From an uncultured bacterium (lineage in GTDB: Bacteria; Lernaellota; Lernaellaia; Lernaellales; Lernaellaceae): a DNA stretch of 64,000 nucleotides. Where the stretch lies: assembly GCA_964534375.1 (NCBI GenBank), contig CAZHPN010000001.1, forward strand, positions 20,516-84,515, in the 5' to 3' direction. Position 1 is the first letter of the stretch; the number at the start of each line of letters is the position of its first letter. This document shows positions 36,802 to 46,434 of the stretch, in pieces. The translations under genes and the position numbers were made by a program. Below the pieces are notes generated by a model that did no database searches, was not told where the DNA came from, and worked only from the letters and a program-made list of their open reading frames with translations.

Positions 36802-37863
36802 ATGACCTTGCACGACATCTTTCGTCGGCGCTGGGGCTTCAAGTCCGTGACGCTGCTGGCGTCGTTGGCGATCGGCCTCGGGTTGGCCGAAATGGTTGTC
36901 CGCGCCAGCAACGCAGATTGGCGGTACGTGAAGAAGAATCTCGCGTATTGCGGCCACGTCGATTACTTGATGCCCGATCCCGACCCCGAGATCGTCTACC
37001 GCCTGAAGCCCGATTCCGGCGCGCTGGAAAAGAGCCCGTTCGGCCGCATTACCGTCACGATCGACAGCGCCGGCGCCCGCGGGGTCGAGCGGCGCGCGCC
37101 GAGCCCGCCGGGCGTGTTTCGCATCGTCTGCGTCGGCGGCTCGAACGTGTTCGGGCAGGCGCTCAGCGACGGCGACACCTGGCCGGCGCAGTTGGAAGAC
37201 CGCCTCAACGCATCCGGCGCCGGGCGTTTCGAGGTTCGAAATTTGGGAACGCCCGGCTACAAGGGCGTGCAAATGGCCAAGTCCGCGCGGTGGGCGTTGG
37301 AGCGCCTGAAGCCGGATCTGATACTCATCGGCCTGTCCAACCAAGGCTCCGTCCACTTTTTCCTGGATGAACCGGTCGAACCCTACTTCGCGCGGCGGCC
37401 CGATTTCTGGCGGCGGCTGGTCGCGACGCGCGTCTTCGATTTTCCCTCGTGGATTTCGTTCGACCGCAAAATTCGCCTGCTCGCACACGTTCGCGCGTAT
37501 CGCCTGGCCGCGATGGCGATCTCGCAGGGTTTGAGCCGAACCCGCCACGACCCGCTGTGGTATTGGGCCGACGGCGACACGGTTGAACGCGAAAACGCCG
37601 ACCGGATTTGCGAATTTATTCAGGATGCCGCGGGCCGCGTGCGGTGCTGCGTCTTCGTCGGCCCGTACATTCCGGCGCCGGAGCGCGACATGTTTCTGGA
37701 TTACTACGACGGAACTGGAGCGCCGGTTTTCTATCTCGACGCCGGCGGCCAGCCGCCCGAATACGCGTGGATTCACCCGCCGCCCGTCGCCGCCGCCTGG
37801 TGTGCGGACCGCATCGCCGAATGGTTGGTTCGCGAGCGGTTGGTTCCGGGCGTCCGCCAATAG
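36802..37863 (+). CDS. SGNH/GDSL hydrolase-like membrane-anchored protein
   Basis: N-terminal TM (LGLAEMVVR); FRIVCVGGSNVFG, EVRNLGTPGY, LKPDLILIG, C-terminal IHP. Confidence 0.8.
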   Translation: MTLHDIFRRRWGFKSVTLLASLAIGLGLAEMVVRASNADWRYVKKNLAYCGHVDYLMPDPDPEIVYRLKPDSGALEKSPFGRITVTIDSAGARGVERRAPSPPGVFRIVCVGGSNVFGQALSDGDTWPAQLEDRLNASGAGRFEVRNLGTPGYKGVQMAKSARWALERLKPDLILIGLSNQGSVHFFLDEPVEPYFARRPDFWRRLVATRVFDFPSWISFDRKIRLLAHVRAYRLAAMAISQGLSRTRHDPLWYWADGDTVERENADRICEFIQDAAGRVRCCVFVGPYIPAPERDMFLDYYDGTGAPVFYLDAGGQPPEYAWIHPPPVAAAWCADRIAEWLVRERLVPGVRQ

Positions 37864-37874
37864 CGGGAGATGCG

Positions 37875-37908
37875 AAAGCCCGCCTCTGCATTCGCGAGGG
37901 CGGGCTTT
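37875..37908. terminator. Hairpin between convergent genes (possibly bidirectional terminator)
   Basis: AAAGCCCGCC...GGCGGGCTTT; followed at about 37953-37977 by a TCGTAAC-type heptamer run. Confidence 0.55.
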
Positions 37909-37979
37909 GCGCGGGATGAATGATTTGGTTCAGCCGACCGGCTTGTCCGGCATTCGTCACTCGTAACTCGTAATTCGCC

Positions 37980-38555
37980 CTACTTGACGGTCTTGATGAT
38001 GACTTTGTTCATAACGACAGGCGTCACCGGCCGGTCGCCGGCGCCGGTCTGCGTCTTGGAAATCTTGTCGACGACTTCGTAGCCCTGAACCACCTTGCCG
38101 AACACCGCGTGCCGGTTGTTCAGCCACGGCGTCGCCTTGACGGTGATGAAGAACTGGCTGCCGCCGGTATTCGGGCCGGCGTTGGCCATCGACAGCACGC
38201 CCGGGCCGTCATGCTGCAACTTCGGGCTGAATTCGTCCATGATTGTGTAGCCGGGGCCGCCGGTGCCGTTCCCCTGCGGATCGCCGCCCTGAATCATGAA
38301 ATTGGGGATGACGCGGTGGAAGATCAGACCGTCGTAGAACGGTTTGCCGGTTTTTTTGCCGGTCGCGAGATCGACGAAGTTCTGCACCGTTTTCGGCGCG
38401 TCCTTGTCGTACAACTTCACCAGGAAATTGCCCATCGAAGTTTGGAACTCGGCGTAGACGCCCGGCTCCTTCGGCAAACCGCCGGCTTCGGCCGCCACGA
38501 CCAGCGCCAAGGCGAACGCCAACGAAACGATCAGCAGTGAACTTAGATGATTCAT
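37980..38555 (-). CDS. Exported cyclophilin-type peptidyl-prolyl cis-trans isomerase
   Basis: FYDGLIFHRVIPNFMIQGGDP, LSMANAGPNTGGSQFFIT, HAVFGKV; signal peptide; RBS GGAGGA. Confidence 0.95.
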   Translation of the reverse strand: MNHLSSLLIVSLAFALALVVAAEAGGLPKEPGVYAEFQTSMGNFLVKLYDKDAPKTVQNFVDLATGKKTGKPFYDGLIFHRVIPNFMIQGGDPQGNGTGGPGYTIMDEFSPKLQHDGPGVLSMANAGPNTGGSQFFITVKATPWLNNRHAVFGKVVQGYEVVDKISKTQTGAGDRPVTPVVMNKVIIKTVK

Positions 38556-38633
38556 GACTCTCCTCCGTAGAATTTGGTCCATGTTAACCAATTGTCCGCT
38601 GTCGCGCCAGCGGAGATTCGGACGCCGTTTCCT

Positions 38634-40691
38634 TTACCAAACGGCGTCCGGTGTGTTCGCCGCGCGCGACGGAATTTCCTCGAGCTGGTAAACGGCCGGC
38701 TCGCCGCCCAGATTGCGCAGGCCGATCCGTTGTGCGGCGAGCGCGTCGGCGATCAGCGGCTGCAGCGTCGACGGCGGCACCAGCACGTAGCGATGGAAGA
38801 AGGACTTCAAGCGTTGCGCCATGCCCTCGGCGATGCCGCGCCGCAACAGGTCCAACGCGGCTGGCGGCGGCTCTTCGCCGATCGTCGCCGCCAGCACCGC
38901 GCGCCCGCCCGCCCAGAGCGAATACGCGTCCGGGCCGACGTTGACGCTCGATACGCGGCCGCTCGCGCCCGCCCAGCGGCCCATGCCGCGCGCCAGGGCG
39001 CCGACGTAGTCGCCGGTCAGCCACGACGGCGGCGTGCGCCGCAGGTTTTCCGTGTCGCGCACCACGTCCGGCGGTTCGTTTTCCGGTTTCGCGCCTTTGG
39101 CGAGCCAGCCCTGGAAATCGGCCTCGCGACAGACCACGTTCCAGCGCGCCAGGAGGCCCTCGCCGAAGCCCGCGACGAATTCCAACCCCCAGCGACGGTC
39201 GGTTCTTTCGAGATCGGCGAGAATCGCCGCGCTCGCCTGCTCCGCGGCCGGCCGTTCGGCCGACGATGCGTCGAGCAGCCGCGCCGCTTGCGCGCCGACG
39301 CCACGGGCGAAGCACGCCCCATCGATGGCGACCGCCGGCCGGCGCGCGAGCAATTCGCGGGCCTTTTCCGGCGCGATCCATCGGCCGACGCTGATCAGGC
39401 CGTCGCATTTCCACGAGGGCGGCAGCGCCGCGACCGATTTCAGCGCCCGCTCCGAATCGTCGCCCCAACTCGCCGGAAGCTTTTGGTAGACCAGATACTC
39501 GTTGTCGTCGCCGCGGAAATAGGTCAGGTGCCGCCAGCCGATGCGGTAATAGAGGCGATCCAGCGGCAGCGGCGTGAGCACGTGCGCGACGCCGATCGCC
39601 AGAAACGGCGCGATCGCCGCCCATTTCCAGAACCCGGGGATGCGGCTGACGCTCAAACACGCCAGCGCCATCAAGGCCGGATACACGGTCGCCAGGTACT
39701 GCGAACCGCCGATCGGCGGCAGCGTCCGTTCCGAAAAAGCGGCGGCCACGAAGTAAAAAACCACGAACAGCCCGAGCACGCGCCCCAGCCACGCGCCGAC
39801 CTCTTTGTCGCGCCGGCTGGTCACGCGCAGCGAATAGACAGCGCCCGCCGCGGCCAGCGCGAGCAGCGCCGCGGAGAGCAACAGCGAGTTGTTGGCGCCG
39901 ATGTTGTGCAGAAAAAACTTCACCAGATGCCAGCCGCGGCCCAAGGCCCGCGCGCGCAACAGGCTCGCGTCGGTCACCAGATCGCCGTAGATCTTCTGCC
40001 GCGACAGCCAGTGGGGCGAAAAGCCCAGGACGAACGCCGGCGCCGCCGGCCAGGCGAGGTGACGCACGCCCTGGCGGCCGAACCGCCACAGCCCGCCGAC
40101 CGCGATCGCCGCGGCGATCACGAAATTCTGATAACAGAAAAACGACGCAAAGCCGGCCAGCGCGCCCAGGACGAACAACGACCGAAAATTCGGGTCTTCC
40201 CGGTCGAAGCGCTGAAAGACGAACAGCAGCAGGCCGGAAAACAGAATGCTCTCCGAATGGTTCGCCCACGACATGTGCTGCAGCGGCTCGAAAATCGGCG
40301 GGGCAAAAATGCACCACAGCGCGAACATCGCCGCCGCGGCCCAGCCCCACGCGCGCCGCACCGTCGCCGTCCAGAGCGTCAACCCGGCGATCACGAACGC
40401 GGCCGAAAGCGCCTTCGACCACAGCAATTTCGAACCGCCGAGCCAGAAGAACGGCGTCAGCAACACGCCGAAAACCAGCGGCCCGTGCGCCCAGGGCGCG
40501 TACTGATAAATCCAGGGCGAAGCCGCCAGACCGTCCAGCAATCCGCGCGCCAGCATGCCGTTGCGCGCGGTTTCGGCGTCGAAGCCGGAGTGGTGAAACG
40601 ACCGCACGACGAAGACGAGCAACCCCAAAACCGCGATGGCGGCCCAAAAGCCGCTCTCGCGGCGTTTCGCTTGCGGTTTGGGATTGTTCAT
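38634..40691 (-). CDS. GT-C-like polytopic membrane protein (paralog of 25447..27510)
   Basis: FDAE..NGMLARGL, YQY...HG, FRGDDNEYL..KLP..WG, LPPSWKCDGL shared with the paralog. Confidence 0.7.
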   Translation of the reverse strand: MNNPKPQAKRRESGFWAAIAVLGLLVFVVRSFHHSGFDAETARNGMLARGLLDGLAASPWIYQYAPWAHGPLVFGVLLTPFFWLGGSKLLWSKALSAAFVIAGLTLWTATVRRAWGWAAAAMFALWCIFAPPIFEPLQHMSWANHSESILFSGLLLFVFQRFDREDPNFRSLFVLGALAGFASFFCYQNFVIAAAIAVGGLWRFGRQGVRHLAWPAAPAFVLGFSPHWLSRQKIYGDLVTDASLLRARALGRGWHLVKFFLHNIGANNSLLLSAALLALAAAGAVYSLRVTSRRDKEVGAWLGRVLGLFVVFYFVAAAFSERTLPPIGGSQYLATVYPALMALACLSVSRIPGFWKWAAIAPFLAIGVAHVLTPLPLDRLYYRIGWRHLTYFRGDDNEYLVYQKLPASWGDDSERALKSVAALPPSWKCDGLISVGRWIAPEKARELLARRPAVAIDGACFARGVGAQAARLLDASSAERPAAEQASAAILADLERTDRRWGLEFVAGFGEGLLARWNVVCREADFQGWLAKGAKPENEPPDVVRDTENLRRTPPSWLTGDYVGALARGMGRWAGASGRVSSVNVGPDAYSLWAGGRAVLAATIGEEPPPAALDLLRRGIAEGMAQRLKSFFHRYVLVPPSTLQPLIADALAAQRIGLRNLGGEPAVYQLEEIPSRAANTPDAVW

Positions 40692-40986
40692 GGGCGTCGT
40701 GTTCGCGCCGGGCGGCGGCTCCCGGCCCCCTTCCTTTCGTCGGTCGCGGCGTCTGACGATTCTAATGGAAGATCGTCCGTGAGAAAACAGCGGACAACAA
40801 CGCGGCGCGACGACCCGGTCGGCGAATCGCCGACCTCGTTTCCAGGACGCGATACTCAACTCCAGGGTGTCATAACCGCTAACGACACCCCTGTCGCTAT
40901 TGGCTTTTTTCAAATTGGCGGCGGCAAAAAGCATTCGCGTCGGTGCAGAGGGGCTTGCCTTCCTCTCTGCATGGCTGGTATCACTT

Positions 40987-42750
40987 ATGGGGTCGAGGCG
41001 GACAACAGAGGCGGGCGAGGAGGGCGAACTGCGGCGACTGCGTGATAGTTTCTGGAGCAGCGTTTCGGCTCGCCTGGGCGCATGGGTGGACCGTCTCGGC
41101 GGGGGCAAACCGGAGGCCCTGGCCGTCGCGGCCCTGGCGGCTCTGTTCTTGTACGTCTGGCTGGTTATCGACCCCCGGCTGATTTTCCACGGCGCAGGGA
41201 CCATCTCGAATTTTCCGGTGTTCAAAACCGGGTTCGGCCCGCTCCTCGACAGCATCTGCCGGCCCGGTGGCGTTGTGGAGTACGTCACGGCCTTCCTTGC
41301 TCAGCTCTTTATCCGCTCGTGGGCGGGGGCGGCGGTCATCGTCGGCTTGGGTTGGGCCTTGCTCCGTGTGACGGATGCCTCCGTACGGCTCATTCGCGCC
41401 CCGTCCTTGCGTTTCCTGCGGTTCGCTGGACCCGTGGCGTTGGCCATCACCTTCGCACGGTACCGGTTCGAAATCCAAGCGTACCTCGCCTTCGTGGCGT
41501 CGGCGGGATTGGCCGTGCTCGTTTGTCGGCGGTCAAGTCGGCTGAACCTCCTGTGGTTGCTCGGTGGCTCTGTGGCGATCTACCAAATAGCCGGCGGGGC
41601 ATACGTCGCCTACACCGCGGTTTGCGTTCTGCACGAGGGATTCGTCTGCGCGCGATGGTGGAGGGCCGCCGTCCTTCTCTTGACTCTTATGTTGACCCCC
41701 TTCGCGATCGGCGTGCTCGTTTTCGGCTATGGGCCGTGGGAGGCGTCTACACTTTTGCTCCCATTCTCCCCGGGGAGCTTGATCCACCTGATCGTCCCGA
41801 CGTCGGATGAGGTGCCAGACGGCCCCGCTGGTTTGAACGCCGCGGTCGAACTCCTGGCAGCCGCTGGGCTCTACGTCGTTTTCTTGATGTCCTTGCTGCT
41901 CAACGGTTTCCATCGTCTCCTACGGTCGGGTCCCGCGGGGTCGGCGCGGAAGGCGGGGGAACGCGCGCGACCGGCACGCCGGAGCGTTTTCCGGGCCGTG
42001 GCGCTCGCGGCGGCCGTTGCGGGCTTGGCGCTCGTCCCCGACTATCGGCAACGGGACGCGATCGAGTCGGACTACCTCGCTTATCATGGGAGGTGGTCGG
42101 AATTGGTCGAACGGGCTCACGGATATTCCAACGGACCGCTCGTGCTGAACTCCGTGAACCGCGCCCTCTTCCACACCGGGCAGCTCGCCGACCGCATGTT
42201 CCAATTCCGTCAGATCGGTCGCGACGTTCTCTTGCTCGGCAGGGATCCCCACGTCCCGTTCGATGAGGAAGCGGGATTGAGTGCGCCGCGCCTGTGGCGG
42301 CGGGCTCAGCTTCACATCGACCTCGGGCTGCTGGCCGTAGCGAAGAAGGAACTCGTGGCGCTCGCCGATTTTGTCGGTCCGAGGCCATTGATTCTCCGGG
42401 AGTTGGCGCTCGTCACACTCGCCGCCGGGGACACCGGCGCCGCGCGAATTCTCCTGGGCGAACTCTCGAAGAGCCTCTTCGACTCCGGGTGGGCGGCCGA
42501 AAAGCTGGCCCTTTTGGACAACGACGACCGCCTTGCGGCGGATCCTGAGATCCGCCGGCTCCGCAGTGGAGCGTGCTCGAGCGACGGGACGTCCTCGATG
42601 CTCGCGGTCATGGACATTTATGACATGTACCTCGATGACTCCGAGGTCCTCCGGCGCGTTCTCGCCGACTACCCCGCCAACCGCATGGCGTTCGAATATC
42701 TGGCGGCGTTGCGCCTTCTCGACCGGCAGCCGTCGGGAGTGGCGCGATGA
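40987..42750 (+). CDS. DUF6057-like membrane protein
   Basis: PGGVVEYVTAFLAQLF, NRALFHTGQLADRMFQF, NRMAFEYL; several TMs; start codon uncertain. Confidence 0.75.
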   Translation: MGSRRTTEAGEEGELRRLRDSFWSSVSARLGAWVDRLGGGKPEALAVAALAALFLYVWLVIDPRLIFHGAGTISNFPVFKTGFGPLLDSICRPGGVVEYVTAFLAQLFIRSWAGAAVIVGLGWALLRVTDASVRLIRAPSLRFLRFAGPVALAITFARYRFEIQAYLAFVASAGLAVLVCRRSSRLNLLWLLGGSVAIYQIAGGAYVAYTAVCVLHEGFVCARWWRAAVLLLTLMLTPFAIGVLVFGYGPWEASTLLLPFSPGSLIHLIVPTSDEVPDGPAGLNAAVELLAAAGLYVVFLMSLLLNGFHRLLRSGPAGSARKAGERARPARRSVFRAVALAAAVAGLALVPDYRQRDAIESDYLAYHGRWSELVERAHGYSNGPLVLNSVNRALFHTGQLADRMFQFRQIGRDVLLLGRDPHVPFDEEAGLSAPRLWRRAQLHIDLGLLAVAKKELVALADFVGPRPLILRELALVTLAAGDTGAARILLGELSKSLFDSGWAAEKLALLDNDDRLAADPEIRRLRSGACSSDGTSSMLAVMDIYDMYLDDSEVLRRVLADYPANRMAFEYLAALRLLDRQPSGVAR

Positions 42751-44252
42751 ACTCCACGGCGAGGCGTTTTTGTGCAATAGCGACAGCGGCCTTGGCCGTT
42801 TTCGTCGGCATCGGCGGGTGCGGGGGCGCCGCGCCGCCGTCCGCAGGCATGGCGTCGGCCGGGGCCGCGCCGCGAATCTTCCCCGACTATGCGGCGACGA
42901 CGATCCCGCCGAATATTGCCCCAATCCGTTTCGTGATCGAGGAGCCGGGAGCCGTTTTTCGCACGCGGATCCACGGGGACCACGGCGCCGAAATCGTGGT
43001 TTCCCGGCCGGACCCGTCGGTTCCAATTCCAGTGGCGGAGTGGGGCCGGCTGCTGGAGAGCAACCGCGGCGGCGTTCTGAGGTTCGAGGTCACGGTGCAA
43101 GATCCGCGCGGCGCGTGGCGACGCTTCGAGGAGTTCGAAGTGCGTGTGGCCCCCGAGCGCGTGGATGATTATCTCGTTTACCGCCGGAAACTCCCGGGGC
43201 AGGATTGGCGGCAGACCAGCATCCAGATCCGCCAGCGCGCGCTGGGCAGCTTCGACGAGTCGGTCGTCCTGGACAACGCCCGCATTGGAACGGCCTGCAT
43301 CAATTGTCATGCGTTCGCCGGGAACAAGACCCGGTTCATGTCGTTGGGCTTTCGCCATTTTCTCTACGGGTCCGGGACGCTGCTCGCGGTCGACGGCAAG
43401 ATCGAGAAAATCCCGGTGAAGTTCGGCTTCACCGCCTGGCACCCTAGCGGCGACGTCGTCGTCTTCGCGCAACAAACCCACCTCTCGCAACGCGGTTCTT
43501 GGGTGGAGGACTCCAATTTGTGCTACTACCGCCGGGCGACGCGGACGGTGCGGAAAATCCCGGGTCTCTCTCGCGAGGATTGGCACCAGGACTGCGCGAC
43601 TTTCTCGGCCGATGGCCGCGAGCTCTACGCCTCGGCGGGACGCAAGCCGTGGGGGGCGACCCCGACGCGGAACGTGCCGGCCGAGATCCTCCGGCAGATT
43701 GTCCCGTACGACCTCGTCCGTGTCCGATTCGACATCCAAAAGGACGAATGGTCCGCTCCGGAGACGATGATCTCGTCGCAGGAGACAGGAAAGAACATTG
43801 TCTTCCCGCGAACCAGTCCGGACGGGCGCTGGCTCGCGGTCCGCATGATGGACGCCCGGACCGAATCCGGGGGCTCCATCCACCTCGTCGATCTCGAACG
43901 GGCGCGGGCAACGGGGCGTTTCGAGCCAAAGGAATGCCGGGAACTGAGCGTCGGGGACGCGCGGGGGTGGCACTCCTGGTCCAGCAACGGAAAGTGGATT
44001 GTTTTCAGCAGCAGTAGAGAAACCGGTATTTTCATCAGGCCCTATCTGGCATACGTGGATGCCGAGGGACGGGTGCACAAACCTGTTCTCGTGCCCGCAG
44101 AGAATCCGTCGGCGCTTGGGCTGGACGCGTTCATGTACAACGTCCCCGAGCTCATCGACGAACCCGTGCGCGCGTCGGCCAGGGCTCTGGCGCGCGCGAT
44201 TCGAAGCGCGAAGTTCCTGCCGGTCGATGTGGGCGCGGCGGCTGAAAAGTAA
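42747..44252 (+). CDS. TolB/PD40 beta-propeller lipoprotein with CxxCH motif
   Basis: IFPDYAATTIPPNIAP, CINCHAF, AWHPSG, FPRTSPDGRW, HSWSSNGKWIVFSSSR; ATGA overlap with the upstream gene. Confidence 0.85.
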   Translation: MNSTARRFCAIATAALAVFVGIGGCGGAAPPSAGMASAGAAPRIFPDYAATTIPPNIAPIRFVIEEPGAVFRTRIHGDHGAEIVVSRPDPSVPIPVAEWGRLLESNRGGVLRFEVTVQDPRGAWRRFEEFEVRVAPERVDDYLVYRRKLPGQDWRQTSIQIRQRALGSFDESVVLDNARIGTACINCHAFAGNKTRFMSLGFRHFLYGSGTLLAVDGKIEKIPVKFGFTAWHPSGDVVVFAQQTHLSQRGSWVEDSNLCYYRRATRTVRKIPGLSREDWHQDCATFSADGRELYASAGRKPWGATPTRNVPAEILRQIVPYDLVRVRFDIQKDEWSAPETMISSQETGKNIVFPRTSPDGRWLAVRMMDARTESGGSIHLVDLERARATGRFEPKECRELSVGDARGWHSWSSNGKWIVFSSSRETGIFIRPYLAYVDAEGRVHKPVLVPAENPSALGLDAFMYNVPELIDEPVRASARALARAIRSAKFLPVDVGAAAEK

Positions 44253-44312
44253 AAATGCACCCTTGCTTGCAGCTTGATGTGTCCGCGATTGTCTGGGCAT
44301 TGCCTCAGACTG

Positions 44313-45428
44313 TCAGGTGCAATTTCGATTCCGAACTTCTTGGTAGATGCTCCACGTTTGATCCGCCATCGCCTCTGCCGAATGCGTCCGCCAGACCTCG
44401 CGATACGCACGTTCGGTCCACGCGGCCGCCCGGGGCTGGTCCGCGAGGGCGGCGAGCAGGCCGTCGGCGATTTTCTCCGCGTCGCCCACGGGGGCAAGCC
44501 AGCCGGTTTCGTCGTGGCGCACCATCTCCGGAATGCCGCCGGCGGCGGTCGCGACGACGGGCACGCGCGCGGCCATCGCCTCCAGGATCGCCGAGCACAG
44601 GCCGTCGGTGACGCTGGTCATGGCGAAGACGTCGATCGACGAAAACCACGCCGGCACGTCCTCGCGCCAGCCGACGATGTGCGCGCTGCCGCCGATGCCG
44701 AGCCGCTTGATCTGCGCTTCGAGATCGCCGCGCAATTCGCCGTCGCCGACGATCGCCAGTTCCGCCTTGATGCCGCGTTTGACCGCGACCGCCCAGGCGT
44801 CAAGCAGATGCTTGTGCCCTTTGTGGCCGACGAGGCTGGCCACGTCGCCGACCCAAGGCAAATCCGGATTCAACCCGCAATCGGCGGCGAGTTTCGGCTT
44901 GGCGCCGGCGACCGCCGCGAACGGCGGCACGCCATCGGCGACGACGTGGATTTTCTCGCGCGGCACGCCGTCATCCGCGAGCATGTCTTTGACCGCCTGG
45001 CTGACGGCGACGAACGCCGCCGGCGTCGCGTACTTGCGCCGATTGAGGAAATCGCGCCCGATGTGGAAATCGACGCGCCGGTGCGCGACCACGGGCGCCG
45101 CGAGGCCGAACCGCTTCGCCAGCGCCGCGAGACCCAGTGCGTGGCTCGAATGCGCGGCAAGCACCTCGACGCCCGCCGCGTTCGCCGCGTGCGCCAGCCG
45201 CCGCGCCGCGAACATGTCCCACTCGCCCCAGACGCGAAATTCGTGAATTTGCACGCCCGTGCCGCCGAGCGCCCGCGCCAGCTTGGTGTCGGGCTGCGTG
45301 AAGACGTGCACCGGCAGCCCGCCTTCGGCCAGCGTCGTGGTCAGCAGGAACGCCTGCCGCTGCCCGCCGCGCCATTCGTAATCGATGTCGACGTGTCCGG
45401 TGACCAGCGGCCGTTCATTCGCGCCCAT
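44313..45428 (-). CDS. GT4 glycosyltransferase
   Basis: WRGGQRQ, AHRRVDF, HKGH, DVFAMTSVTDGLCSAILEAMA, ATAAGGIPE. Confidence 0.92.
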   Translation of the reverse strand: MGANERPLVTGHVDIDYEWRGGQRQAFLLTTTLAEGGLPVHVFTQPDTKLARALGGTGVQIHEFRVWGEWDMFAARRLAHAANAAGVEVLAAHSSHALGLAALAKRFGLAAPVVAHRRVDFHIGRDFLNRRKYATPAAFVAVSQAVKDMLADDGVPREKIHVVADGVPPFAAVAGAKPKLAADCGLNPDLPWVGDVASLVGHKGHKHLLDAWAVAVKRGIKAELAIVGDGELRGDLEAQIKRLGIGGSAHIVGWREDVPAWFSSIDVFAMTSVTDGLCSAILEAMAARVPVVATAAGGIPEMVRHDETGWLAPVGDAEKIADGLLAALADQPRAAAWTERAYREVWRTHSAEAMADQTWSIYQEVRNRNCT

Positions 45429-45509
45429 TAATTCGTTGCCCCGCGGGATGAATCGCGGAACATGATTACGACGAACGGCGTCTTGCGGCAAGGCGCGGCC
45501 GGGGCGCGC

Positions 45510-46424
45510 TCAATCGCGAGCGCAGCGGAAGCCGACATAGATGACCCAATACCCCGGCCCGGCGCGGCACGAGGAGCGGTCGCGCGCCGGATTGGTGTCC
45601 CACGAGCCGCCGCGCAATACCCGTTCCGTGCCGGTCTCCGGCCCTTTCGGGTTGTCCGAAGGCGACGACTGGTAATAGTTCGGGTCGTACCAATCGGCGC
45701 ACCATTCCCAGAGATTGCCGCTGATGTCGCAGAGCCCGTACGGATTTTTGGCAAACGTGCAAACCGGCGACGTGCCGGCGTAGCCGTCGTCGTAGCCGGC
45801 GAAAACCTTCCAGTCGGCGAAGAGGCGTTTCACGCTTTCGTCGGCGTAATTCCCGAACCCCGGCGGCGGCGTCTCGGAATTTCCCCACGGATATTTGTTC
45901 CCGGCGCTGCCGCCGCGCATCGCGAACTCGTACTCCGCCTCGGTCGGCAAGCGCTTGCCTCGCCAGCGGCAATAGTCGTCCGCGACGCCCCAATCCATGC
46001 CGTTGAGCGGATGGTTCGCCCGATCGGGTTTCCCGCCGTTGTAAAACCGCCCCCAGGTCGCGTCGTCCGACACCTTCTCCGGCGGGCACACCTTGGCGCG
46101 AACGCACGGCGCGTATTCCGCCGCGGTCACCGGATGCTCGTCCATCCAAAACGGGTTGACCGTCACGCGATGCGCCGGCTTTTCGTCGGGCGCGCATTGG
46201 GCATCGCCCTCCACGCAACCCATCATGAACGTCCCACCCGGGATCCTGACCATGCCGGCCGTGCCGCCCGCATCCGCGGCCGGCGGCAGCGGCGCGACGG
46301 GCGACGCCGGCGGCGGGGCGTTGCGGCTGCAGGCGAGGAGGAAGGAAAAAAGCGATAGGATAAAGAAAAAAAGAAGGCCCTGCGATCGCCGGTGCTTTTT
46401 CCTTTTTATTTTTACCTTTTTCAT
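45510..46424 (-). CDS. FGE-sulfatase (SUMF1) domain lipoprotein
   Basis: LLAC lipobox; IPGGTFMMG, RLPTEAEYE, NPYGLCDISGNLWEW, RVLRGGSW, GFRCA. Confidence 0.92.
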   Translation of the reverse strand: MKKVKIKRKKHRRSQGLLFFFILSLFSFLLACSRNAPPPASPVAPLPPAADAGGTAGMVRIPGGTFMMGCVEGDAQCAPDEKPAHRVTVNPFWMDEHPVTAAEYAPCVRAKVCPPEKVSDDATWGRFYNGGKPDRANHPLNGMDWGVADDYCRWRGKRLPTEAEYEFAMRGGSAGNKYPWGNSETPPPGFGNYADESVKRLFADWKVFAGYDDGYAGTSPVCTFAKNPYGLCDISGNLWEWCADWYDPNYYQSSPSDNPKGPETGTERVLRGGSWDTNPARDRSSCRAGPGYWVIYVGFRCARD

Positions 46425-46434
46425 TGTTTCGCCT

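Noticed and set aside
36402..44312. Genomic island integrated at tRNA-Ser
   Set aside because: No integrase and no duplicated tRNA 3' end seen; a normal terminator follows the tRNAs.
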